From positions 44,306 through 108,305 of the forward strand of contig CAZQMX010000002.1 of the NCBI GenBank assembly GCA_964594965.1: a stretch of DNA of 64,000 nt, read 5' to 3'. Source of the stretch: an uncultured Candidatus Saccharibacteria bacterium (lineage in GTDB: Bacteria; Patescibacteriota; Minisyncoccia; Portnoybacterales; UBA2143). Both the position numbers and the translations under genes were made by a program. Of the stretch, positions 9,497 to 19,198 are shown in pieces (position 1 is the first letter of the stretch; each line of letters begins with the position of its first letter). The notes beneath the pieces were generated by a model. It was not told where the DNA came from. It did not search any database and saw nothing but the letters and a program-made list of their open reading frames with translations.

Positions 9497-10381
9497 ATGG
9501 AAGGAATTGTCAATAAAAAATATTTTAATGCCTTTAATTGTATTGATGGAATCGGTCCAATTGCTTTTAAGAAATTATTAGTTCATTTTAAATCTTTGAA
9601 AGATGCCTGGTCTGCTGATCTAATTGAATTCAGCCGAGCAGGCCTAAGCAGGTCAGTTATTGAACAAATTAAAAAACAGAGGCCAAAGATTAACCCTGAT
9701 TTGGAAATGGAAAAACTTTCAAGAGAAAATATTGACCTAATTACAGTTTTTGATAAAAATTATCCTCAATTGCTTAAAGAAATCTATGCTCCGCCGGCAA
9801 TGCTATACATTCGCGGCCAATTCAAACCAAAAGATAAATTCAGTTTAGGTATTGTCGGACCAAGAAAACTTTCTCCCTACGGAAAACAAATTACTCCCTT
9901 AATTACAGCTGAATTATCTCAATCAGGATTAACTATTGTCAGTGGTTTAGCCAAAGGAATTGACACCTTGGCTCATCAGGCAACAATAAAATCCAAAGGA
10001 AGAACAATTGCTGTTTTGGGCTCTGGTCTGGATAAAAGGAGCATCTATCCTTATCAGAACAAGCATCTGGCTGAAGAGGTCAGCCAGAACGGCGCTCTTA
10101 TCAGTGAGTACCCGATTGGTACCCGTCCTCTGGCTCAGAACTTTCCCCAGCGCAACAGAATTATTTCCGGCCTGAGCTTAGGAATTCTGGTTATTGAAGC
10201 TGGAGAAAAAAGCGGGTCTTTAATTACTGCCCGAGATGCTTTAGAACAAAATCGAGAGGTCTTTGCCATCCCTGGTTCGATTTTAAGCCAAAACTCGACA
10301 GGAAGTAATAATTTGATTAAAATGGGAGCAAAGCTGGTAAGCCAGGCTAATGATATTTTGGAAGAACTGAATTTGAGATAA
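9497..10381 (+). CDS. dprA: DNA processing protein DprA (Smf)
   Basis: GIVGPRKLSPYG...GLAKGIDTLAHQ...TIAVLGSGLD Rossmann-like DprA core. Confidence 0.85.
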   Translation: MEGIVNKKYFNAFNCIDGIGPIAFKKLLVHFKSLKDAWSADLIEFSRAGLSRSVIEQIKKQRPKINPDLEMEKLSRENIDLITVFDKNYPQLLKEIYAPPAMLYIRGQFKPKDKFSLGIVGPRKLSPYGKQITPLITAELSQSGLTIVSGLAKGIDTLAHQATIKSKGRTIAVLGSGLDKRSIYPYQNKHLAEEVSQNGALISEYPIGTRPLAQNFPQRNRIISGLSLGILVIEAGEKSGSLITARDALEQNREVFAIPGSILSQNSTGSNNLIKMGAKLVSQANDILEELNLR

Positions 10382-10384
10382 TTA

Positions 10385-10516
10385 TCAACTCTCAATAACC
10401 AATAACCAATCAACGATCAAGTATCAATGATCAATTCTTGAATTAATTAATTTAATTGAAAATTAAGAAATTGATAATTGTTTGATAATTGAAAATTGAT
10501 AATTGAAAATTAGCTT
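10385..10516. repeat. AT-rich tract with repeated AATTGAAAATT/GATAATTG motifs (dprA-topA intergenic)
   Basis: ...aattgaaaattaagaaattgataattgtttgataattgaaaattgataattgaaaatt. Confidence 0.5.
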
Positions 10517-12586
10517 ATGCGTTTAGTCATAGTTGAATCCCCAACTAAATCAAAAACAATCTCTCGGTATCTAGGTAAAGACTATCGGGTGCTTTCTTCC
10601 TATGGGCATATTCGTGACTTGCCAATAAAAGGACTTGGCATTGATGTTAAAAAAGATTTTAAGCCGGAATATGTTGTTCCGGAAAAAGCTGAAAAAGTAG
10701 CCAAGGAACTTAAGGCTGCCGCTAAGAAAGCAAAGTTGGTTATTCTTGCTACGGACGGAGACAGAGAAGGAGAAGCCATTGCCTGGCATATTCTTCATAT
10801 TCTAAAATTATCTGATTCTTCTTATCAACGAATTGTCTTTCACGAAATAACCAAGAAAGCAATTGAAAAAGCACTTAAAAATCCTCATAAAATTAATCTG
10901 AAACTTGTTAACGCCCAGCAGGCTCGACGAATTCTGGACAGGTTAGTTGGATACAAGCTTTCGCCTTTCCTTTGGAAAAAGGTTGTCCGGGGACTCTCAG
11001 CCGGCCGGGTTCAATCAGTCACCGTCCGACTAATTGTTGACCGGGAAAGAGAAATCAAGGCCTTTAAACCGGATGAGTACTGGTCTATTGAGGCCAAGTT
11101 AAAAAAACGGGAAGAAAAGGAAGAATTCATTGCTCATTTAATAAGGGAGAATAAGAAATCAATTTCTAAACTGGGAATAAAGAATAAGAAAGAAGCTGAT
11201 GGGATATTAAAGAATTTAAAAGATGCCCAATACCAGGTTTCCAGGATTGAAAGCAAAGAAGCTCAAAGGCATCCTGGTCCTCCTTTTACAACCAGCACCC
11301 TTCAACAGGAAGCCGCCCGTAAACTAGGATTTTCATCCCAGCAAACAATGCGGATCGCCCAGCAACTTTATGAAGGAGTAGGGCTAAGCAAAGGGTCAAC
11401 TGGATTAATTACTTATCATCGAACTGATTCTCTCAATATTTCCGGCGAAGCATTAAGAAAAGCCCAAGAATTTATTCAGGAAAAATTCGGCTCTAAATAT
11501 TCTCTAACTGCCCCGAGGGTCTTTAAAACTAAATCTAAAGGCGCTCAGGAGGCCCACGAGGCCATCCGACCAACCAGGCCGGGCCGGGAACCGGGAAAGA
11601 TCAAACAACGCCTGGATAAAAGACAACTTAGACTTTATGACCTAATCTGGAAAAGATTTATTGCCTCTCAAATGACACCTGCTATTTTGGATTCAACTTC
11701 AGTTGATATTCAGGCCAAGGGAGCATCGAATAAATCATATACTTTCCGAGCAACCGGTTCTGTCATTAAATTCGACGGATTTTTGAAGGTTTATCCAGGG
11801 AAAATGAAAGAAAACATTCTGCCAAAATTAACCAAGGAAGAAATTATGAAATTAATCAAACTATTCTCCGAACAGCACTTTACCAAACCCCCGGCCCGAT
11901 ATACGGAAGCTTCCTTGATTAAAATTCTGGAAGAATACGGCATTGGCCGTCCTTCAACCTATGCTCCAACTATTAATACTATCCAAAAACGCGGCTATAC
12001 AGAAAAAGATGAACAAAAAAGATTTGTTCCAACAGAAATTGGTTTAATTGTCACAGACATTCTTAAAGAAAATTTCTCTCAAATTGTTGATGTTAAATTT
12101 ACCGCTAAGATAGAAGAAGACCTTGATGAAATTGCTCGAGGAAAACAGGACTGGGTCAAAACCCTGAAAGAATTCTACGAGCCTTTCATTAAAAATCTGG
12201 AGAAGAAATATGATGAAGTCAAAAAGATAAAATTTGAGGAAAAGACCGATAAAAAATGTCCCAAATGCAGTAAGCCAATGGTAATTAAAATGGGACGATT
12301 TGGAAAGTTCTATTCTTGTTCTACCTTCCCGAAATGCAAGCATGCTGAACCAATTATTAATTCAACTGGTGTTAAATGTCCCGAATGCCAAAAAGGTGAA
12401 ATTGTTGAAAGGAAAACAAGAAAAGGAAAAACCTTTTATTCCTGTTCCAAATACCCTAAATGTAAATATGCTCTTTGGGACAAGCCGATTGATGAAAAAT
12501 GCCCGAAATGTAAATCACTTCTGGTAGAAAAGGGTAAAAAGATTAAATGCAGTAATAAGGAATGCGGATATGTAAAGGAAATGTAA
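10517..12586 (+). CDS. topA: DNA topoisomerase I with C-terminal zinc ribbons
   Basis: TOPRIM start MRLVIVESPTKSKTI; catalytic Tyr region GLITYHRTDS; three C-terminal CPKC...C zinc-ribbon repeats. Confidence 0.9.
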   Translation: MRLVIVESPTKSKTISRYLGKDYRVLSSYGHIRDLPIKGLGIDVKKDFKPEYVVPEKAEKVAKELKAAAKKAKLVILATDGDREGEAIAWHILHILKLSDSSYQRIVFHEITKKAIEKALKNPHKINLKLVNAQQARRILDRLVGYKLSPFLWKKVVRGLSAGRVQSVTVRLIVDREREIKAFKPDEYWSIEAKLKKREEKEEFIAHLIRENKKSISKLGIKNKKEADGILKNLKDAQYQVSRIESKEAQRHPGPPFTTSTLQQEAARKLGFSSQQTMRIAQQLYEGVGLSKGSTGLITYHRTDSLNISGEALRKAQEFIQEKFGSKYSLTAPRVFKTKSKGAQEAHEAIRPTRPGREPGKIKQRLDKRQLRLYDLIWKRFIASQMTPAILDSTSVDIQAKGASNKSYTFRATGSVIKFDGFLKVYPGKMKENILPKLTKEEIMKLIKLFSEQHFTKPPARYTEASLIKILEEYGIGRPSTYAPTINTIQKRGYTEKDEQKRFVPTEIGLIVTDILKENFSQIVDVKFTAKIEEDLDEIARGKQDWVKTLKEFYEPFIKNLEKKYDEVKKIKFEEKTDKKCPKCSKPMVIKMGRFGKFYSCSTFPKCKHAEPIINSTGVKCPECQKGEIVERKTRKGKTFYSCSKYPKCKYALWDKPIDEKCPKCKSLLVEKGKKIKCSNKECGYVKEM

Positions 12587-12616
12587 AAGCCGCCTCCAGC
12601 AGGGACGGCTTTTTTA
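12586..12616 (+). terminator. rho-independent terminator after topA (aaagccg-(15 nt)-cggcttt + T-run)
   Basis: 7-bp stem followed by ttttttag directly after the topA stop. Confidence 0.55.
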
Positions 12617-12631
12617 GTAAAAAAACGACTC

Positions 12632-14155
12632 TTGTCAAATGAGAAATCTTATTGTATAATCAGAATTACTATGGTCACTATTGAAAAAATTGTTGACGAG
12701 TTCAAAAAGAATCATCCCTTGGCCAGCGCCAAGGTTATTGAAAGGGCTTGTGAGTTCGCTGAAAAACATCATCGGGGACACAAGAGAGCGTCTGGCGAAC
12801 CATATTTTAATCACTGTCTTAGCACAGCTTTGACTTTAGCAGAGTTAAAGTTGGACGCTAAAACAATTGCCGCTGGCCTACTTCATGATGTTCTAGATGA
12901 TACTAGGGCAACTCCCGGTCAAGTAAAGAAGAATTTCGGGGAGAATATTTTAAATCTTGTTAAGGGCGTCTGTAAAATGGGAAAGATTAAATATCGGGGC
13001 AAAGAGAGAATGGTTGAAAACTTAAGAAGATTGTTTTTAGCCATGGCTAAAGATATCCGGGTAATTCTGATTAAACTGGCTGACCGGCTTCATAATATGA
13101 AAACCCTTGATGCCTTACCAGAAGAAAAGCAAAAGAGAATTGCCTTGGAAACCCTAGAAATCTACGCTCCTTTAGCTGATCGGCTTGGTATTAATGAATT
13201 AAAAGGAGACCTGGAAGACCTGGCTTTTAAATATGTTTATCCTGAAGAATACCAGGAAATAGTTAGCCAGGTTGAAGATAAATACATCCAGGGAAAAAAG
13301 TATCTTCAAAAGATTATTCCGATTATCAAAAAAACTTTGGCCAAAAAAGATGTCCGGGTAATAGAAATCCATGCCCGGACCAAACATCACTATAGATTAT
13401 ACCGGAAACTTCTCCGTCATGATATGGATTGGCATAAGGTTTATGACCTGGTTGCCTTGCGAATTATCGTTCCGGATATTGAAAACTGCTACGCTGCTTT
13501 AGGAATAATTCATAAAAAATGGAAGCCGCTTATTGGCCGAATTAAAGATTACATTGCCATACCCAAACCCAATGGCTATCAATCGCTTCACACAACCGTT
13601 TTTTGCCAAGGAGGAAAGATTACTGAATTCCAGATCAGAACTCCTCAAATGCATCAGGAGTCAGAATATGGTATTGCTGCCCATTGGTATTACAGCGAAG
13701 AAAAAGGCCTTAAATCATATATTAAAAAGAAAATTTTAAGACGGGAACCAAAAAGAGAATTCAAAGAAGAAGAACTAGGCTGGGTCAAACAACTTCAGGA
13801 ATGGCAAAAAGAAAAATTCTCCTCGCCGGAAGAATTTATTGATTCTTTGAAAATTGATTTTCTTAAGGACCGGATTTTTGTCTTTACTCCCAAGGGTGAT
13901 GTTATCGACCTGCCCGAAGGGGCAACTCCAATTGATTTTGCTTATCAGATTCACAGCGATATTGGCCACCAGTGCACCGGCGCAAAGATTGACGGAAAAT
14001 TAAGTTCTTTATCTCGACCGCTCCAAAATGGGGAGATGATTGAAATTATTACCCAAAAAAACAAAAAGCCAAACAGGGATTGGCTTAAGTTTGTTAAAAC
14101 CAGCGAAGCCAGAAAAAGAATTAAAAACTGGTATCGAAAAGAGGAAAATCCTTAA
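12632..14155 (+). CDS. rel: bifunctional (p)ppGpp synthetase/hydrolase, short Rel/SpoT homolog (HD + synthetase + TGS)
   Basis: HD motif HHRGHKRASGEPYFNH...LLHDVLDD; synthetase motifs RTKHHYRLYRKL and YQSLHTTV; TGS region FVFTPKGDVIDLPEGATPIDFAY. No ACT domain. Start probably at MVTIEKIV. Confidence 0.85.
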   Translation: MSNEKSYCIIRITMVTIEKIVDEFKKNHPLASAKVIERACEFAEKHHRGHKRASGEPYFNHCLSTALTLAELKLDAKTIAAGLLHDVLDDTRATPGQVKKNFGENILNLVKGVCKMGKIKYRGKERMVENLRRLFLAMAKDIRVILIKLADRLHNMKTLDALPEEKQKRIALETLEIYAPLADRLGINELKGDLEDLAFKYVYPEEYQEIVSQVEDKYIQGKKYLQKIIPIIKKTLAKKDVRVIEIHARTKHHYRLYRKLLRHDMDWHKVYDLVALRIIVPDIENCYAALGIIHKKWKPLIGRIKDYIAIPKPNGYQSLHTTVFCQGGKITEFQIRTPQMHQESEYGIAAHWYYSEEKGLKSYIKKKILRREPKREFKEEELGWVKQLQEWQKEKFSSPEEFIDSLKIDFLKDRIFVFTPKGDVIDLPEGATPIDFAYQIHSDIGHQCTGAKIDGKLSSLSRPLQNGEMIEIITQKNKKPNRDWLKFVKTSEARKRIKNWYRKEENP

Positions 14156-15081
14156 GCTTTGGAAAGTAAATTAACCAATTGGTCTAATTCTCCCTGGTTG
14201 TTAAATTCAACCCTAACATGACCAAGATCGCCTCTCTGGGTAATACTGACCCGGCGACCAAGGGCTTGTTGAAGCTCGCTTTCTAATTTCTTGAAAAGCG
14301 GGTTTTTTGGTCCAAAAGATTTTGCTTTTTCCGGCGCTGCCATTTTCCTGGCTTTTTCTTCTGCCTGGCGAACACTTAAATTCTTTCTAATAATTTCTCT
14401 GAAAATAGGGAGGCGGACTTCTTGCTTGGCTAACAAAAGGGCGCGGCCGTGTCCCTCGCTAATTTTATTACTCCTGATTGAATTTTGAACTTCCGAAGGT
14501 AGAGTTAAAATCCTCATGGCATTACTCACCGTTGATCGGTCCTTGCCTATTTTCTCGGCAATTTCATGGTGTTTCAAACCAAAATCATCCTGAAGTCTCT
14601 TAAAAGCCAAAGCTGCTTCAATGGCATTAAGGTTTTCTCTCTGAATATTTTCAACTAAAGCAATCTGCAATCTTTCGTTAGCCCGGCTGTCTTTGATAAT
14701 GACCGGGACGCTTGGCAGTCCGGCTAATTTAGCTGCCCGCCATCTTCTTTCTCCGGCAATCAATTCATATTCAACCTGGCGACCCCGTTCGGTCGCTTTT
14801 TCCAGTTTAGAAACAATTAATGGCTGTAAAATCCCATGTTCCCTGATTGAATCAGCCAATTCGGTTAAGCCTCCTCTTGATAAATCTTTTCTGGGTTGTT
14901 CGGAATTCGGCCTGATTTTATCAACTTCAATATTAAAAATACTCTCCTTTTTGGGCAGACTTGAATCAGGTTTTTCTTTTTGTCCCTTAACTAAATCTCT
15001 TAGCTTTGATTCCCTTTTAGGAATAAGCGATTGAAGTCCTCTACCTAATGATGTTGCCATAAAACATAAAACATGGAACAT
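14152..15081 (-). CDS. parB: chromosome partitioning protein ParB (Spo0J)
   Basis: GLPSVPVIIKD...IALVENIQRENLNAIEAALAFKRL ParB box and HTH. Probable true start is MATSLGRGLQSLIP (~15060), matching the ParB N-terminal GLGRGL motif. Confidence 0.85.
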   Translation of the reverse strand: MFHVLCFMATSLGRGLQSLIPKRESKLRDLVKGQKEKPDSSLPKKESIFNIEVDKIRPNSEQPRKDLSRGGLTELADSIREHGILQPLIVSKLEKATERGRQVEYELIAGERRWRAAKLAGLPSVPVIIKDSRANERLQIALVENIQRENLNAIEAALAFKRLQDDFGLKHHEIAEKIGKDRSTVSNAMRILTLPSEVQNSIRSNKISEGHGRALLLAKQEVRLPIFREIIRKNLSVRQAEEKARKMAAPEKAKSFGPKNPLFKKLESELQQALGRRVSITQRGDLGHVRVEFNNQGELDQLVNLLSKA

Positions 15082-15102
15082 GAAGCATGGAACAATTTAT
15101 AT

Positions 15103-15130
15103 GTTTCAAGTTTCAAGTTTCAAGTTTCAA
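15103..15130. repeat. tandem 7-mer (GTTTCAA)x4 in the parA-parB intergenic region
   Basis: gtttcaagtttcaagtttcaagtttcaag directly between the parA stop and the parB start. Confidence 0.6.
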
Positions 15131-15132
15131 GA

Positions 15133-15915
15133 TTATCTGTCTAATTCTATTATCTCCTGGGCCAGTAGGCGATAAGCCTTGGCGCCTTTTGAATGAGGGT
15201 TGTATTGAATAATTGGCTGGCCAAAACTGGGTGCTTCAGCCAATTTAATACAACGAGGAACAATTGATTCAAAAACATAGCCGGAAAAATTCCTTTCCAT
15301 TTCTTTTCTGACCTGACGGGATAATCTATTCCGACGGTCATACATGGTTAAAAGAGCTCCTTTAATTTTTGTTGGACTCTCTAAGTTCTCTTCAATCAGT
15401 TCAACTGTTCTTAAAAGCTGGCCTAATCCTTCCAGGGCGTAATACTCGCACTGAACCGGAATAATGACCTCGTCGGCCGCAACCAGGCCATTAATTGTTA
15501 AAAGACCTAGGCTTGGCGGGCAATCAATTAAGATGTAATCATAGTTGGTCCTGACCTGACGAAGTAGTTCATGGAGTCGGTATTCACGATTAGGCATATT
15601 AACCAATTCAATTGTTGCTCCGGCTAAATCAGAAGATGAAGGAATAATATCATAACCAAAAAGACCGGTTTTTTTAATAATTTCTTCAGGCAAAAGACCG
15701 CCGATTAAAGAATGGTAAAGATTAAGAGGAACTGTTCGGGGATTAATCCCAAGACCTGATGTTGCATTAGCTTGGGGATCAATATCAACCAAAAGAACAT
15801 ACTTGCCTAAAGCAGCTAAATAGGAGCCTAAATTTATTCCAGTCGTTGTTTTGGAAACCCCGCCCTTCTGATTAACCAAACTAATTACCCTTGCCATATT
15901 CCTATTATACTTCAA
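15133..15915 (-). CDS. parA: chromosome partitioning ATPase ParA (Soj)
   Basis: Deviant Walker A ISLVNQKGGVSKTTT; ~260 aa. Confidence 0.9.
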   Translation of the reverse strand: MKYNRNMARVISLVNQKGGVSKTTTGINLGSYLAALGKYVLLVDIDPQANATSGLGINPRTVPLNLYHSLIGGLLPEEIIKKTGLFGYDIIPSSSDLAGATIELVNMPNREYRLHELLRQVRTNYDYILIDCPPSLGLLTINGLVAADEVIIPVQCEYYALEGLGQLLRTVELIEENLESPTKIKGALLTMYDRRNRLSRQVRKEMERNFSGYVFESIVPRCIKLAEAPSFGQPIIQYNPHSKGAKAYRLLAQEIIELDR

Positions 15916-15962
15916 TACTAAAAAATTGACAACAAGGGGTTTTTAAGAGAGAATGAAAATAT

Positions 15963-16046
15963 GGGGATGTGCTGGAACTGGTAGACAGTGCGGTCTCAAA
16001 CACCGCTGGACGCAAGTCCGTGTGGGTTCGACTCCCACCATCCCCA
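15963..16046 (+). tRNA. tRNA-Leu (anticodon CAA), long variable arm, CCA not encoded
   Basis: Acceptor ggggatg/catcccc; anticodon stem gcggt/accgc with loop ctCAAac; long variable arm; T-arm gtggg-ttcgact-cccac. The ORF-track entry 15953..16135 is this RNA, not a CDS. Confidence 0.85.
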
Positions 16047-16123
16047 CTAATAGGGTTCGCCCCGTCATTCGACGGGGCGCCACATCGGATGATGTGGCGA
16101 CTCCCACCCCAGGCACATTAAAA

Positions 16124-16148
16124 TACCCTGCTTGAGCAGGGTATTTTA
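16124..16148. terminator. rho-independent terminator hairpin (accctgct-tgag-cagggt + T-run); likely bidirectional between tRNA-Leu and tsaC
   Basis: Perfect 8-9 bp GC-containing stem, 4-nt loop, followed by atttt. Two further small hairpins (gccccgtc..gacggggc, gccacatc..gatgtggc) precede it. Confidence 0.6.
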
Positions 16149-16793
16149 CTTAAATAGCTTCATTAAATCTTTTTTTGTTATTGGACCGACCCGGGTAATC
16201 CTTGGCTGGGAACGGGTTAAGTCCAAAACACTTGAGGGCGGGCTTTCTGGTAAATCACCGGCGTCAAGAATTAAAGTCGGCCGGGGATAGGCCCTTTCAA
16301 AAGTTTTAATCACCTCTTGGGATGAGATTAAAGGCGGATCGCCGGAAAGATTAGCTGAGGTGCAGGTGACAGGAAAATCAAGATTTTCCATTAAATATCT
16401 TGTGAAAGGATGTTCCGGGATTCTCATGCCAATACTTCTTTTACCGGCGGTTAAAATCTCTGAAAGAGCATCTCTTCTTTCCAGGACTGCTGTTACCTGT
16501 CCTGGCCAGATTGATTTCAATATTTTCTCTCTTTCAGGATTAACATAGGCTAGTTTCTTGGCCATTTCAATATCTTTGACCATAATTGGAACTGGTTTTG
16601 TTTCCGGCCTTTTTTTCATTTTAAAAAGCCGCTTGACACTATGAATATCAAGGGCATTAACTCCTAATCCGTAAACAGTATCTGTTGGAAAAATGATGCT
16701 GTTTCCTTGTTTCAGGGTATCAATTGCTTCCTGAATGACTCTCTCATCAATATCATTCCAATCACCGGTTAAATTGAATTTAATTATTTCCAT
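16146..16793 (-). CDS. tsaC: L-threonylcarbamoyladenylate synthase (Sua5/YrdC/YwlC family)
   Basis: IFPTDTVYGLG motif and ~210 aa YrdC-domain size. Confidence 0.8.
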   Translation of the reverse strand: MEIIKFNLTGDWNDIDERVIQEAIDTLKQGNSIIFPTDTVYGLGVNALDIHSVKRLFKMKKRPETKPVPIMVKDIEMAKKLAYVNPEREKILKSIWPGQVTAVLERRDALSEILTAGKRSIGMRIPEHPFTRYLMENLDFPVTCTSANLSGDPPLISSQEVIKTFERAYPRPTLILDAGDLPESPPSSVLDLTRSQPRITRVGPITKKDLMKLFK

Positions 16794-19196
16794 TTAAATA
16801 ACTAAATTAATCAAACGGTTGGGGATGTAGATGGATTTTTTCAGTTTCTTCTTCCCCATCCATTTTTTTATCTTCTTGCTTTCTAAGGCAACTTCTTTAG
16901 CTTGTTTTTCGCTAATGCCTTTTTCTACTTCAATCTTATCCCTGACTTTTCCATTAATCTGAATAATTAACTGCCAGGTTTCTTCTTGAATTAATTTCTT
17001 ATCATATTCCGGCCATTTTTCTTTGAAGATGGTTTTTTTGTTTCCCAATGTTTGCCAGAGTTCTTCGGCAATATGGGGGGCAAGTGGCGATAAAACCGTC
17101 AAAAGAGTCTGGGCATTTTTTTTGGATAAAACTTTCCCCTCCCCTGCCCAGAAGTTAAAAAATTCCATTAGGGCTGCAACGGCAGTATTAAACTTCATTG
17201 TTTCCAGGTCTTGGCTAACCTTTTTAATCAATTGGTGAAGTTTAGTTAATAGTTCCTTGCTGGTTTCTTTTCCAATTTTTTCCTTATTACCAAACAATTG
17301 CCAGACCCGATTCAAAAATCTAAAACATCCTTGAACTCCTTCCGAACTCCAACTGATGGTCTGGTCAAAAGGTCCCATAAACATTTCGTAGACCCTTAAA
17401 GTGTCTGCCCCGTGTTTTTTAACAACATCGTCAGGCTGGATAACATTACCAAAACTTTTACTCATTTTTCTTCCATCTTCAGCCAGAACAACCCCGTGCG
17501 ATTGCCTTCTTTGATAGGGCTCGGCCGTTGGAACAACCTTAATATCATACAAAAACTTATGCCAGAAACGAGAATAGAGTAGATGGAGAGTAGTATGTTC
17601 CATCCCCCCGTTATAGATATCTACCGGCAGCCAGTATTTTAACTTTTTAAAATCAGCCAGTTCTTTGTCATTCCTTGGGTCAACGTAGCGAAGAAAATAC
17701 CAGGAAGAACCCGCCCAGTTAGGCATAGTATCAGTTTCCCTTCGCGCCTGCCCTTTACATTTCGGACATTTAACATTAACCCATTCTTTTATTGCTGCTA
17801 AAGGCGATTGGCCAGTATCAGTTGGCTGGTACTTCTCTACGTAGGGCAATTTAACTGGTAAATCCTTTTCAGGAACAGGGACTGCACCACATTTCTGACA
17901 ATGGATAATTGGGATTGGTTCGCCCCAATAATGCTGTCTTGAAAAAACCCAATCTCTCAAATTATACTGAACTGTCTTTTTACCCAATTTATTCTTAACC
18001 AACCAGTCGGTGATTTTTTTAATTGCTTCTTTTGAGGACAATCCATCAAATTGACCTGAATTAACCAATTTTCCATAATCAACATAGGATTCCTTGGTAA
18101 TATTACCGCCGGAAATGACTTCTTTGATTTCTAGACCATATTTTTTAGCAAACTGATAATCTCTTTTATCATGGGCCGGAACAATCATAACTGCCCCTCC
18201 GCCGTAATCAGCGATAACATAGTCACTTACCCAAACAGGAATCTTTTCTTTGTTTAGGGGATTAATACAGTAAGAGCCAAGGCGTAGCCCGGTTTTTTCT
18301 TTGTCTAACTGGGTTCTTTCAAATTCGCTTTTCTTTTGAGAATTCTGAACATATTCTTTAACTTTTTCCGTATTTTCTTTAGTTGTCAGTTTCTCCAACA
18401 AAGAATGTTCCGGAGCAACGACCATGGCCGTAACGCCAAAGATAGTATCTGTCCGGGTAGTGAAAACAGTTAATTTATCTGAAGACCCATCTATCTTAAA
18501 ATCAATTTCCGTCCCATAACTTTTGCCAATCCAATTAATCTGTTGGGTCTTTATTTTCCCGACATAATCGACTTTATCCAAATCTTTAATTAGTCGGTCA
18601 GCATATTTGGTGATCTTAAGCATCCATTGCTTTAATTTTTTCTTTTTGGTTTGGGCCCCGCATCTTTCGCATTTACCACCAATAACTTCTTCGTTGGCCA
18701 GGCCAATCTTACAACTTGGACACCAGTTAATTGGCATTTCTGCCTGGTAAGCCAATTCTTTCTTGAATAATTGAAGAAATATCCACTGAGTCCACCGGTA
18801 ATATTTCGGGTCAGTCGTATTAATTTCCCTTGACCAATCAAAAGAAAGGCCCAATGACTTCATTTGTTTTTTAAAGGTTTTAATATTATCAGCCGTCACC
18901 TTTTCTGGATGAATTCCCGTTTTAATGGCGTAATTTTCAGTTGGCAGACCAAAAGCGTCCCAACCCATTGGATAGAGAACATTTTCTCCTTCCATTCTTT
19001 TTTTCCGAGCCAGAGCATCAAGAGAACAATAACTTCTTAGATGCCCCATATGTAAACCATCCCCGGAAGGATAGGGAAACTCAACCATTAAATATTTCTT
19101 TGGTTTTTTATCAAAATCTTTGGCAGAATAGAGGGTATCTTTCTTCCATCTGCTTTGCCACTTTTTTTCAATTTTATTTGGATTGTATTTAGGCAT
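16794..19196 (-). CDS. leuS: leucyl-tRNA synthetase
   Basis: HMGHLRSY (HIGH) and KMSKSFGN (KMSKS); 800 aa; LeuRS-type editing insertion. Confidence 0.9.
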   Translation of the reverse strand: MPKYNPNKIEKKWQSRWKKDTLYSAKDFDKKPKKYLMVEFPYPSGDGLHMGHLRSYCSLDALARKKRMEGENVLYPMGWDAFGLPTENYAIKTGIHPEKVTADNIKTFKKQMKSLGLSFDWSREINTTDPKYYRWTQWIFLQLFKKELAYQAEMPINWCPSCKIGLANEEVIGGKCERCGAQTKKKKLKQWMLKITKYADRLIKDLDKVDYVGKIKTQQINWIGKSYGTEIDFKIDGSSDKLTVFTTRTDTIFGVTAMVVAPEHSLLEKLTTKENTEKVKEYVQNSQKKSEFERTQLDKEKTGLRLGSYCINPLNKEKIPVWVSDYVIADYGGGAVMIVPAHDKRDYQFAKKYGLEIKEVISGGNITKESYVDYGKLVNSGQFDGLSSKEAIKKITDWLVKNKLGKKTVQYNLRDWVFSRQHYWGEPIPIIHCQKCGAVPVPEKDLPVKLPYVEKYQPTDTGQSPLAAIKEWVNVKCPKCKGQARRETDTMPNWAGSSWYFLRYVDPRNDKELADFKKLKYWLPVDIYNGGMEHTTLHLLYSRFWHKFLYDIKVVPTAEPYQRRQSHGVVLAEDGRKMSKSFGNVIQPDDVVKKHGADTLRVYEMFMGPFDQTISWSSEGVQGCFRFLNRVWQLFGNKEKIGKETSKELLTKLHQLIKKVSQDLETMKFNTAVAALMEFFNFWAGEGKVLSKKNAQTLLTVLSPLAPHIAEELWQTLGNKKTIFKEKWPEYDKKLIQEETWQLIIQINGKVRDKIEVEKGISEKQAKEVALESKKIKKWMGKKKLKKSIYIPNRLINLVI

Positions 19197-19198
19197 AA

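Noticed and set aside
10135-10413. 92-aa minus ORF
   Set aside because: Overlaps the dprA 3' end in antisense; ends in an AT-rich repeat tract.
10385-10516. Possible CRISPR array (short AT-rich direct repeats)
   Set aside because: Units are 9-11 nt with no regular ~30-nt spacers and no cas genes nearby. This is a simple AT-rich repeat tract, not CRISPR.
15953-16135. 60-aa + strand ORF
   Set aside because: The sequence is tRNA-Leu(CAA) plus terminator hairpins, not protein-coding.
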